DNA of 64,000 bases from Nannocystales bacterium (GTDB lineage Bacteria > Myxococcota_A > Polyangia > Nannocystales > Nannocystaceae): positions 352,001 to 416,000 of the forward strand of contig JBOEGF010000010.1 of NCBI GenBank assembly GCA_050633305.1, read 5' to 3'. The position numbers were made by a program, and so were the translations under genes. The notes under the pieces were generated by a model. That model was not told the DNA's origin and made no database searches. It worked only from the letters and a program-made list of their open reading frames with translations. This document shows, in pieces, positions 1 through 8,745 of the stretch (its first letter is position 1; every line of letters starts with the position of its first letter).

Positions 1-589
1 TTGTTCGGTCGGAGGGCTGCGTCTGACGCCGCGCAGCCTCGTAGACTCGGGCATCGTCGTCGACCCCCAGCGCCTTCAGCCGGCTCCGAAGGACTCGCCG
101 CCCCGCCTTGATCCGCGAGTAGGCGGTGTCGACCGGGAGCTCCAGCATCTCCGCGATCTGCGGGCCGCTCATACCCTCGAGCACGTACAACACCACGGCG
201 GTACGTTTGTCGTCATCGAGTTCGCTGAGTGCGTGCAGAACCACGGTTGCGGCACGCTTGTGCTCGAACAACTCCTCGAGGTTTTCGACTCGTGGTGGTT
301 CAAGGGCGAGCGCGTTGGCCTTGCGTTGGGCTCGTTGCGCATCTCGGCGGTGTCGAAAGGCGACCCGGCGCGCGATCGAGAACAGCCACGTCCGTAGCTG
401 GCTACGGCCCTCGAAGGAATCGAGGCGCCGGAACACGACCAAGAAGACGTCCTGGCATGCATCGTCCAGGCTGGCCGAGGGGACGCCCAGCCGAGCGAGA
501 CTGGACCAGACGAAGCCATGGTGTTCCCGGTAGATCGCCTCCAGCCGGGGTTCGAGCGCAGCGGGGACCGCAGCCTCTGCCATTGTCAT
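1..589 (-). CDS. ECF RNA polymerase sigma factor, 3' end truncated by the window edge (not in ORF track)
   Basis: Manual translation: MTMAEAAVPAALEPRLEAIYREHHGFVWSSLARLGV...DDACQDVFLVVFRRLDSFEGRSQLRTWLFSIARR (region 2) and LSELDDDKRTAVVLYVLEGMSGPQIAEMLELPVDTAYSRIKAGR (region 4). No stop codon before position 1. Confidence 0.9.
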   Translation of the reverse strand, partial: MTMAEAAVPAALEPRLEAIYREHHGFVWSSLARLGVPSASLDDACQDVFLVVFRRLDSFEGRSQLRTWLFSIARRVAFRHRRDAQRAQRKANALALEPPRVENLEELFEHKRAATVVLHALSELDDDKRTAVVLYVLEGMSGPQIAEMLELPVDTAYSRIKAGRRVLRSRLKALGVDDDARVYEAARRQTQPSDRT

Positions 590-637
590 CGCCACGCTGG
601 GTTGGTCTCCAGCAGGCCCTACTTCCGTCACGGCCCG

Positions 638-1645
638 CTAGAAAAAGCGTACCTCGACGCCCAAAGCGACGCGTAGCGCCCCTGGGCCGGCCTCGAACAG
701 GGTCGTGAGGCCACGGACATGGAACAGCGGCCGGCGCAGGGAGATGGCACCTCCAGCACCTGCGCGAAGTGCGAGGCGGGGAATCGGCGCGAAGACGACC
801 GAAGCGTCGGCGGTCGCGGCAGCGAAGAGTGAGCGGCCGGAGCCGGGACTCTCCACGCCATCGGCGCGGCCGCGGAGGCTGCCGAGCTCGGCCCCCGCAC
901 AAAGTGGGAACGACAGCCGCCGCTGCCTCGGGACCCAGCATCCGACCGCCCCGGCGGTCCACAGGTCGAACGTGCCACCCACCGAGCCGTCGTCGGGGTA
1001 GCGGCGCGGCTGAGGGGCAACGTAGGTTCCGCGGAGCTCGGTCCGCCACCCGTCGGCCGAGATCGCGAGCGCGCCGGACGGTCCCCCGCCGACGATCTCC
1101 GGCAACAACCGCAGCATCTGTACAACGCCGTCCGCACGGACGACGAGTTGGACCGGCCGTTGTCGCTGCGTCTCGGGCCTGGCGTCTGTCACAGGTTCGA
1201 CCCGGGCCGGTGGTCCATGCGAGGTCCGCGGTTCGGGCTCGGGCAACGCCTCGGGTTCAGGTTCGAGTTCGGGCGCAGGTTCCGGTTCCGGCTCCGGCTC
1301 GGGAATCAGGGGCTCGGTTGCCTGAGCAGGATCTGCTGCGACTGCGAGCAGCAACCCGGCGGTCTCTCCAAGTGACGCGCACGAGTTGCTTTCGATGGTC
1401 CGAGACTCTCGCCCTCCCGCGCCGCTGACGTGTAGCTCCAGGCGGTAGCCGCCGGGGCTGTGCGTCACCGTTCCTTGTGCCTCGACCGGCGAGCGCTCGT
1501 CTTCGGCCTGCCGTTGGAACGCGTCGGACACGTCGTCTGCGTTGGGGCAGCCCTCGGGCGCATCCCATCTCAGGCTGAGCCCTTCGGGAGAAGGCGCCAC
1601 GATCGCGAGCAGCGACGAGACCAGCGTCTGAAAGCCGACGAACAC
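638..1645 (-). CDS. Hypothetical exported protein, probable C-terminal outer-membrane beta-barrel, with a PEPE linker
   Basis: Signal-like N-terminus, WDAPEGCP motif, Pro/Glu linker, amphipathic strands ending in LGVEVRFF. Lies directly upstream of the ECF sigma gene. Confidence 0.65.
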   Translation of the reverse strand: MFVGFQTLVSSLLAIVAPSPEGLSLRWDAPEGCPNADDVSDAFQRQAEDERSPVEAQGTVTHSPGGYRLELHVSGAGGRESRTIESNSCASLGETAGLLLAVAADPAQATEPLIPEPEPEPEPAPELEPEPEALPEPEPRTSHGPPARVEPVTDARPETQRQRPVQLVVRADGVVQMLRLLPEIVGGGPSGALAISADGWRTELRGTYVAPQPRRYPDDGSVGGTFDLWTAGAVGCWVPRQRRLSFPLCAGAELGSLRGRADGVESPGSGRSLFAAATADASVVFAPIPRLALRAGAGGAISLRRPLFHVRGLTTLFEAGPGALRVALGVEVRFF

Positions 1646-1694
1646 TTCGCGCAGCGTAGTAGCACGAGCGCGGCGTCTTTCTCCTCCGCGACTC

Positions 1695-2546
1695 TCAGGC
1701 CCAGATCTGCAGCTGCCGAACGTAGGTGTCGCTCAGCTCGTGCTCCCGGCCGAGCAGGTCGAAGATGGTGAGCATGGCTTTACGGGCCGCGGCGTCGGCG
1801 TGGCGATTGTCCTGCTTCACGACTTCGAGCAAGACCTCGAGTGCACGTTCCCATTCTCTGTCGAGGGCCAGGTTGCAACCCAAGGCGTATCGTAGGTCGA
1901 GATCATCGGGGGCTTGGCTCACCTTGGCTTCGACCGCGACCGTGTCGCCGTGTTCGTTCCGCGTGTCCCAGAACACGAGGGCCCGGACGAGCGCGGCCGC
2001 TTTCGAGAAAAGCGGATCGTCTTGCGCAATTGCATCCGCGTGGTGCTCGACAAACGCACGCTCTGCGTTTGTGAATGCGATGTTGGCGAGTAGCCAGTGG
2101 GCGCGTGGGTGCTCGGGCCGTTCGTCGAGTGCCTGCCGCAGAAGACCCCGGGCACTCGTGTTGTCGGTTCCGAGCTTTGCCTGCGCCTCCTCGACGAGGT
2201 CGTCGGCCGCGCTCGGCAAGTGGGTGTCGAGGAACTTGCGGACTTCGGAGTGCCGTAGCGCGCCGGTGAACTCCCCAACCGCCGCTCCGCCAACAAACAG
2301 CTTGACGGCGGGGATGCTGCGAACCGCGTAGCGCTGTCCAAGCGAGGGGTGGGCCTCGGTGTTGGCCTTGGCGAGGACGAACGCGCCGTCCATCTGCTGC
2401 GTGAGTTCTTCGAGGACCGGGGTCAGTGTGCGGCATGGGCCACACCAGGGGGCCCAGAAGTCCACGAGCACTGGCGTTTCGTGGCTTCGCTCGAGGACGT
2501 CGGCGTCGAACGAATCGGCGGTGAGCTCGATGATCTCGGCGGGCAT
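1695..2546 (-). CDS. ybbN: Thioredoxin-TPR chaperedoxin (YbbN/CnoX family)
   Basis: VDFWAPWCGPC thioredoxin motif followed by a TPR-like helical C-terminus (ARKAMLTIFDLLG). Confidence 0.88.
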   Translation of the reverse strand: MPAEIIELTADSFDADVLERSHETPVLVDFWAPWCGPCRTLTPVLEELTQQMDGAFVLAKANTEAHPSLGQRYAVRSIPAVKLFVGGAAVGEFTGALRHSEVRKFLDTHLPSAADDLVEEAQAKLGTDNTSARGLLRQALDERPEHPRAHWLLANIAFTNAERAFVEHHADAIAQDDPLFSKAAALVRALVFWDTRNEHGDTVAVEAKVSQAPDDLDLRYALGCNLALDREWERALEVLLEVVKQDNRHADAAARKAMLTIFDLLGREHELSDTYVRQLQIWA

Positions 2547-2593
2547 GGGCGGCAGCCTACGATCGTGGGCACGACCTGCTAAGGTCCGCCGAC

Positions 2594-3652
2594 GTGATCA
2601 CCTCCGACCTAAGAGCGCTGGGCTGGGACGACGAGTGGGCGAAGTGGCTCGCGGAGTCCGCGCTTGCCGGCTCCCCGGTGGGCCGCGTCGCACGCATGGA
2701 GACGCAGGTGGTGACGCTGTGGGGCGCAGGCGAGCCGGTCATCGCTCAGCTTCCGACCCGGCTCAAAGCGCCTGACGATCGTCCGGCCGTGGGTGACTGG
2801 ATCGCATTCTCCCCGGGGCCGCCAACCGCGAAGGTGAAGGATATCTTGCCGCGTCGGACGCTCTTCGAGCGACGAGCCGCAGGCCGAAAGACACAGCGTC
2901 AGGTCGTCGCTGCCAACGTCGACGTCGTGTTTGTCGTCAGCGGACTCGATGGCGACTTCAACCCGCGCCGCATCGAGCGGTACCTCGCCGCCGTCGCTCA
3001 CAGTGGCGCCCGCCCGGTCGTGTTGCTGACCAAGGCTGCCGCGCTCAGCGAAGCGGAACGCGAGAAGGTCACCGCCGAGGCCGACGCCGTCGCTGGCGGA
3101 GCGGTCGTGCACCTGATCGATGTGGTCGATGGTCTCGATGCGGACGCGGCCGCCCAGTATCTGGGCGTCGGGACCTCGGCCGCGTTGGTCGGCTCGTCGG
3201 GTGTAGGCAAGTCGACGTTGCTCAACCACTGGGCGGGCGAGGCCCGGCAAGAGACTCGCGAAGTTCGAGCGCGCGACGGTCGAGGCCAACACACGACGAC
3301 GCACCGGGAGCTGTTCGTTCTCGGCGGCGGTGCGCTCGTTATCGATACTCCCGGCATGCGAGAGCTTGCGTTGTGGGCAGACACCAACGCACTCGACGGT
3401 GCATTTCCCGACATCGTCTCGCTGGCGGAATCGTGTAGGTTCAGGGATTGCCGACATGGGTCGGAACCGGGTTGTGCGGTCGCAGAAGCGCTGGCTACGG
3501 GCTCTTTGGATGCGGCGAGGTTCGCCAGCTTCGTGTCACTTCGTGCCGAGGTTGAGGCGACCTCGGATGAGGTCCATGCCCAACGCCGTCGCGCGACCGC
3601 GCGAAAGCAAAAGGCTCCGCGTCGCTCCGGGTCCTGGTCTGGGCGTCGGTAG
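2594..3652 (+). CDS. rsgA: Ribosome small subunit-dependent GTPase A
   Basis: AVGDW, TKAA, GSSGVGKSTL, GQHTTT, IDTPGMR and the C-terminal Zn site CRFRDCRHGSEPGC. Confidence 0.95.
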   Translation: MITSDLRALGWDDEWAKWLAESALAGSPVGRVARMETQVVTLWGAGEPVIAQLPTRLKAPDDRPAVGDWIAFSPGPPTAKVKDILPRRTLFERRAAGRKTQRQVVAANVDVVFVVSGLDGDFNPRRIERYLAAVAHSGARPVVLLTKAAALSEAEREKVTAEADAVAGGAVVHLIDVVDGLDADAAAQYLGVGTSAALVGSSGVGKSTLLNHWAGEARQETREVRARDGRGQHTTTHRELFVLGGGALVIDTPGMRELALWADTNALDGAFPDIVSLAESCRFRDCRHGSEPGCAVAEALATGSLDAARFASFVSLRAEVEATSDEVHAQRRRATARKQKAPRRSGSWSGRR

Positions 3653-3762
3653 CGCGAGTAATTCTCGGCGGTTGCAAAGAGTCGCTCTCGAGAAGCGAAG
3701 GATCCGGACGGATTCGCCATGCATACTTGCGCATGGTGGATGGCAGCGAGGGACGGGGAGGA

Positions 3763-5508
3763 ATGAGGGGCCGGTCGGTCTGGTGGCAGCTCGCGTGTGG
3801 GACCGCGCTGAGCCTTGCCCTCGTCGGTTGCAACGATTCGAGTGGGGGAGGCGACGACGATAGTGGGGGAACGGACACCGACGGAGGCACCGGCGTAGAC
3901 CCGACGATGTCCACTGGGTCCTCCTCCGGGGGATCGAGCTCGGGCGGCAGTGACGAGTCCTCGGGTTCGACCGGCGACCCTCCACCCGCCGACCCGATAC
4001 CGCCTCCGGGCGGCGTGCGACGACTGCTCGCGCCTCAATACGTCGGGAGTGTCCAGCTCCTGCTCGGCGATGCGGCGGCTCAGGCTGCTTCGCCTCCCGA
4101 AGACCCGGTCATCGGCAACTACGACGCGATGGGCACGTTGGTCTCCGCACCAGCGCCCGCAGACGTGGAGTTTTACGAAGGGTCGTCGACCGACATCGCG
4201 GCGGCCGTCGTCCTCGATCCCAGCACGCTCGCCCAGACGGTCCCCTGTGTAGTCGATGGTCCGTTCGACCTCGACTGCTACGATGACGTCGCGCGCAACT
4301 TCGGTCGCCTCGCGTGGCGACGCCCGCTGAACAACGCGGAACTCAACCGCCTCACCAACATCGCCGAGATGGCGCGAGAGTGGGACGACGGGGAGTTCAT
4401 GACCGGTGTGCAGTACATGCTGACGGCGATTCTCCAGTCGCCGAACTTCTTGTACATCGTCGAGGTCGGCGAGGAGGGGGGCGGCGACTTCCGAGAACTC
4501 GACGGCTACGAGATCGCAACTCGACTCTCGTTCTTTCTCACCGGTCGCACCCCCGATGCAGAGACTCTCGAGCTGGCCGCGAGCGGTGAGCTCGACTCGG
4601 ACGAAGGCGTGAGAGCCCTGGCCGAGTCGCTGCTCGATCAGCCTGCCGCGCGCGGTGCGGTCCGGGCGTTCTACGGCGAGTACCTCACCGTTCGGAACCT
4701 CCCCAGCAAGAGCAAGGACCAGGACCTGTTCCCCGAGTTCGGCGACGCGATCAAGGACGCCATGCTCGAGGAGACGATGCGTCTGATCGACGACGTCGTG
4801 TTCGACGCAGACGAGAGCGTGCTGACGCTCTTCGACAGTGACACCACGTTCGTCAACGACGACCTGGCCGCACTGTATGGGGTGGACGCGCCAGGTGGAG
4901 GTTGGGAGCGCGTGACGCTGCCGGCTTCGGAGGGTCGTTTGGGCGTGCTGACCCACGCTGGCTGGCTGGCGATGATGAGTCACCCCAACGTCAACTCGCC
5001 GACGCGTCGCGGCCTGTTCGTGATGGAGAAGTTGCTCTGCAACGAAATCCCGTTGCCGCCACCGCGCGTCAACCCCGAGCCTATTTTGCCGCAAGAGGGA
5101 CAGACGCTTCGCGAGACGCTGAGTCAGCACATGACCGACCCCGGATGCGCCTCCTGCCACGCCTTGATGGACCCGATCGGGTTCGCCTTCGAAAACTACG
5201 ACGCGACAGGGGCCTACCGGACGCTGGACAATGGCCAGCCTATCGATGCCTCAGGGGAGGTGGCCGGGATCGGAAGCTTCGAGGGGGCGGCCGAGCTGGC
5301 CACCATCATCGCAGCGGACGAGCGGCTTCCCGGTTGCATCGTCGACAACCTCTACACGCAAACCTTGGGATTCGTGCCCGGAGAAGGGCAGGAACCCGGA
5401 CTGGACGCGGTCACCACCACCTTCACCGCCGAGGGGCACCGCATGAAGCGGATGCTCATCGAGCTCACCACCAGCCCCATCTTCCGTCAGGTCGATCAAG
5501 CCAAGTAG
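3763..5508 (+). CDS. DUF1592/DUF1588/DUF1595-type (PSD/PSCyt) lipoprotein with a CxxCH motif
   Basis: Lipobox LVGC, S/G/D linker, RRLLAPQY, LQSPNFLY, EIATRLSFFL, SPTRRG, CASCHALMDPIGFAFENYD. Start re-picked at ATG 3763 after a GGAG site. Confidence 0.85.
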   Translation: MRGRSVWWQLACGTALSLALVGCNDSSGGGDDDSGGTDTDGGTGVDPTMSTGSSSGGSSSGGSDESSGSTGDPPPADPIPPPGGVRRLLAPQYVGSVQLLLGDAAAQAASPPEDPVIGNYDAMGTLVSAPAPADVEFYEGSSTDIAAAVVLDPSTLAQTVPCVVDGPFDLDCYDDVARNFGRLAWRRPLNNAELNRLTNIAEMAREWDDGEFMTGVQYMLTAILQSPNFLYIVEVGEEGGGDFRELDGYEIATRLSFFLTGRTPDAETLELAASGELDSDEGVRALAESLLDQPAARGAVRAFYGEYLTVRNLPSKSKDQDLFPEFGDAIKDAMLEETMRLIDDVVFDADESVLTLFDSDTTFVNDDLAALYGVDAPGGGWERVTLPASEGRLGVLTHAGWLAMMSHPNVNSPTRRGLFVMEKLLCNEIPLPPPRVNPEPILPQEGQTLRETLSQHMTDPGCASCHALMDPIGFAFENYDATGAYRTLDNGQPIDASGEVAGIGSFEGAAELATIIAADERLPGCIVDNLYTQTLGFVPGEGQEPGLDAVTTTFTAEGHRMKRMLIELTTSPIFRQVDQAK

Positions 5509-5517
5509 GAGGTCGCG

Positions 5518-6906
5518 ATGCACGTACTCGACAAGTTCAAGCTCAGCCGCCGTCATATGCTTCGTGGACTCCTCGGGGGGAGCGCGGTGGCCATCGGTCT
5601 TCCACCTCTCGAGGCCATGATGGGCCGCGGCCGGGTTGCGTCCGCCGGCGGCGAGTTGCCCAAGCGCTTCATCTCGTTCTTTTTCGGCAACGGGGTGCAA
5701 CTGCGCAACTTTGAGCCGGCCAATGCAGGTGCCGGATGGACACCCAGCGTTCAGCTGCAACCATTTGCGGACGCGGGCGTCAAAGACTTCGTCACGATCT
5801 GCAGCGGGATGCGCAACCACACGGAGTCCCAGCCGATCACACACCACGAAGGCATCACGGTGATGTCGGGGCACGATTACATCCCCTCGGATGCGGGTGG
5901 GTTTGCTTCGGACTGGGGCGGTCCGACGATCGATCAGGTGATCGCGGACATCATCGCCGAGCAGTCGCCCACTCCCGTGCGCTCGATGCAAGTGGGCGTG
6001 ACCAAGTTCGACAGTCCGGTCGACAACGGGACCGCGGCCAAGTCGTTGTCCGCACGAGGCACGAAGGGGGCTGTCACGGCCCTGTTCCCCCAGCAGAACC
6101 CCCGTACCGTCTGGTCCAGCCTGTTCGGAGAGTTCGAGGCGCCCAAGGACGACCGTGAGCTGCGCCTGTCTGTGCTCGATGCCGCGAAAGACGACATCTC
6201 CGCGCTCAACAAGCGGTTGGGCGCGCAAGACCGGCAGCGCTTCGAAGCGCACTTGGACAGCATCAACGAGCTGCAGAACAAGATCAGCGCGTTGCCGCCG
6301 ACGTGCGAACTTCCCAGCGACCCGCTGTTCGACAACGCCGAGGACAACGGACTGGAGCAGCTGTTCCAGACCAACCAGATCATGTCCGAGCTGATGGCGT
6401 ACGCGTTCGTCTGCGATGTGACACGCGTGGCTTCGAACCTCTTCTGCAGCGTTGCCAGTGAGGCGGTGTTCGGCGACGTCGACATCTCGTCGAGCACCCA
6501 TCACGGCCACAGTCACGCCAACGACGAGGGCTACAACCAGAACATCCAGTTCATCATGAGCTGCCTGGCACAGCTCTTGGTCACGCTGCGCGATACCGAG
6601 GACGCGGCCGGCGAGAGCTTGCTCGAGTCCACCTTGGTCTTCGCCAGCAGCGAGCTGTCCCAAGGGTACTCGCACAGCTGGCAGCGCCCCCCGATGATCA
6701 TCGGCGGCCACGGACGAAACCACATCCAATATCCGGGCGTGCACTACCAGGCCACGCCGCAGATGAACCAAAACGACGACCAGTCGGCCGCGGGTAACAC
6801 GACCGATGTCTTGCTGACCCTGGCGCGGGCGTTTGATCCGGAGATCCCGAGCATCGGTTCGGGCGCGATGATGTCGAACTCGGTGTTGTCCGAGATCATG
6901 GTGTAG
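5518..6906 (+). CDS. DUF1552 (HXXSHH) family Tat-exported protein
   Basis: Tat motif SRRHMLRG, LPPLEAM, TIDQVIAD, AFVCDVTRVA, HHGHSH. RBS aggagg; 9 bp downstream of its DUF1592 partner. Confidence 0.85.
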   Translation: MHVLDKFKLSRRHMLRGLLGGSAVAIGLPPLEAMMGRGRVASAGGELPKRFISFFFGNGVQLRNFEPANAGAGWTPSVQLQPFADAGVKDFVTICSGMRNHTESQPITHHEGITVMSGHDYIPSDAGGFASDWGGPTIDQVIADIIAEQSPTPVRSMQVGVTKFDSPVDNGTAAKSLSARGTKGAVTALFPQQNPRTVWSSLFGEFEAPKDDRELRLSVLDAAKDDISALNKRLGAQDRQRFEAHLDSINELQNKISALPPTCELPSDPLFDNAEDNGLEQLFQTNQIMSELMAYAFVCDVTRVASNLFCSVASEAVFGDVDISSSTHHGHSHANDEGYNQNIQFIMSCLAQLLVTLRDTEDAAGESLLESTLVFASSELSQGYSHSWQRPPMIIGGHGRNHIQYPGVHYQATPQMNQNDDQSAAGNTTDVLLTLARAFDPEIPSIGSGAMMSNSVLSEIMV

Positions 6907-7194
6907 CGCGGTCGGGGGTCGTTTCGAACTCAAGCTTCGGCGACCCATCGCGGGAACCGTTGCGTCCGTTCTTCGGTTGTGGATAGGCGATCCTTGGCAA
7001 CGGTGACGGGCGCGTGTCTGCGGCGCTCGTCGCTGTCGTCGTAGGTCCATCGGTCGGCGCCGTCGCAGCGACCGGCGAACGGGGCGGCCGACCGTCGAGG
7101 AGGCCTCGGTCGACCACTTGTCCCGATGTAACGGACTGTGGCGGTTGCGAAACAGCCACTGAAGCCCACGGAGGTGAACCCTAGGCTCCGTGAG

Positions 7195-8733
7195 ATGATT
7201 CGGTCGAAGGAGAAGACGGGGCGTACCGCACCTGGGCCGGCCGGGCTGGTCACGCGCTGGTGTGGGGCTGGTCTTCCGACGCTCTGCGTTTGTACCGCTG
7301 TCGCTTGTGCCGGCCCCCCTACGGAGGTGGAGCCTTCGACCGGGGGCGCGGTGCCAGTGGTGGTGGACGAGGCGTGCCCGGGGACCGTTCCAGGCGTCTC
7401 GTTGCGCTGTGGCCGTCTCGAGGTCCCACAGGACTGGGATGATGCGGAGAGCCTACGGCTAGAGCTGCCGTTCATTGTGCTCGAGGCGGAGAGTCTCGGT
7501 GCGGCGATGTCTGACCCGATTCTGTACCTCGGCGGAGGTCCGGGGCCGTCCGGGCTCGAAGGACTCGCCGAGCTTTCCACGCTCACGGAACTTCGTGCGT
7601 CGCGGGACATCGTCATCCTCGAGTATCGCGGGAGTGGGGTGTCCAACCCCGCGCTTCCCTGCGCTCGGGTATCGAGCCTGGACTCTGAGACGTTGGGGGA
7701 CTGCTGGGACCGTGCATTCGAGGCTGGCCTCGACCCCACGTACTTCACCACCAAGAACGCCGCGATGGACCGGCGCGCGCTGAGGATCGGCTTGGGGATC
7801 CAGCAGTGGAACCTATGGGGTGCATCCTACGGAACTACGGTCGCGCAGCTCCTGTCGAAGATCGATGAAGACGGGACACGGAGCGTTACGCTCGATTCGC
7901 CGACCTCCCCCGCCGTAGAGATCGCCCGCGCGGACCTCGAGAGCAGGCTCGACGCGCTCACACGCGTCTTCTCGGCCTGCTACGCCGACAGTGCATGCGC
8001 AGACGGGATCGGTGACCTGCAGAGCTTGTTGACGGAAACCTTTCGGGCGCTGAACACGGAGCCTTGGCGGCATGAATCGCTCGCACTCACCGAGGCCGCG
8101 GGTCCGGTGATCGACGGACATGAGTTTCTCCGTCTGGTGACGAGCATCCACCACACGCTGGTCCCGGCTGTCGTTCACCGAGTCGGGTCGAAAGACCCCG
8201 AGGGGCTTGGCGCCGTGCTCGACGCAACGCCTCCTCCTCCACGGTCTCCCCCCTACCTCCGTGGATTCCCAGCCTACGAGGAACTCAGCAACCTCTCGTT
8301 CTCCGCCTCGGTCTATTGCGCGGAAGAAGCACCGTCGTACGACCTCGACCGGCGACCGCCGCGGACGCTCGCAGCGTGGCCAGACGACATCATCGCGAGC
8401 CCTTCAATCCACACAACGTGGGAGTTCTGCCGGAACTGGCCGGTCCCCGCCGTGCCGTCGGAGGACGTTGCCCTTGTCCGAAACGAGCTGCCGACACTCA
8501 TCCTCGCGGGCGAGTTCGACAGCCTCACGCCTGCGCAGCAGGGCCGTGTCGTTGCGGAAGGGCTTCCCAACTCGACGCTCGTCGAGGTTCCGAACACTGG
8601 ACACGGTGTCGTTGCCACCCAGCGATGTGGCGAGGAGTTGATGGCGCAGTTCTTGGAGGACCCCCGCGCGAGCCTCGACCGCACCTGTATCGACGAGATC
8701 CCTCCAACCAGGTTTGTCCGGACCAGACCCTGA
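7195..8733 (+). CDS. Secreted alpha/beta hydrolase (TAP-like peptidase family)
   Basis: CGRLEVPQD, GGGPG, nucleophile GASYG, GEFDSLTP, GHG. Start uncertain (7138-7195). Confidence 0.85.
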   Translation: MIRSKEKTGRTAPGPAGLVTRWCGAGLPTLCVCTAVACAGPPTEVEPSTGGAVPVVVDEACPGTVPGVSLRCGRLEVPQDWDDAESLRLELPFIVLEAESLGAAMSDPILYLGGGPGPSGLEGLAELSTLTELRASRDIVILEYRGSGVSNPALPCARVSSLDSETLGDCWDRAFEAGLDPTYFTTKNAAMDRRALRIGLGIQQWNLWGASYGTTVAQLLSKIDEDGTRSVTLDSPTSPAVEIARADLESRLDALTRVFSACYADSACADGIGDLQSLLTETFRALNTEPWRHESLALTEAAGPVIDGHEFLRLVTSIHHTLVPAVVHRVGSKDPEGLGAVLDATPPPPRSPPYLRGFPAYEELSNLSFSASVYCAEEAPSYDLDRRPPRTLAAWPDDIIASPSIHTTWEFCRNWPVPAVPSEDVALVRNELPTLILAGEFDSLTPAQQGRVVAEGLPNSTLVEVPNTGHGVVATQRCGEELMAQFLEDPRASLDRTCIDEIPPTRFVRTRP

Positions 8734-8745
8734 ACCAAGGAAAGA

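Noticed and set aside
1225..1310. Short tandem repeats (also near 30590-30620 and 41670-41710)
   Set aside because: They encode PEPEPE/PEPK low-complexity linkers inside CDSs.
2998..5160. Long antisense or alternative-frame ORFs (also 5251-7050, 9668-11647, 14934-16886, 17115-19139, 28421-30238, 33755-35806, 41570-43627, 56242-57744)
   Set aside because: These are shadow ORFs typical of high-GC DNA, overlapping well-supported genes and lacking motifs. Only the last 10 codons of 56242-57744 are real, as the selenoprotein N-terminus.
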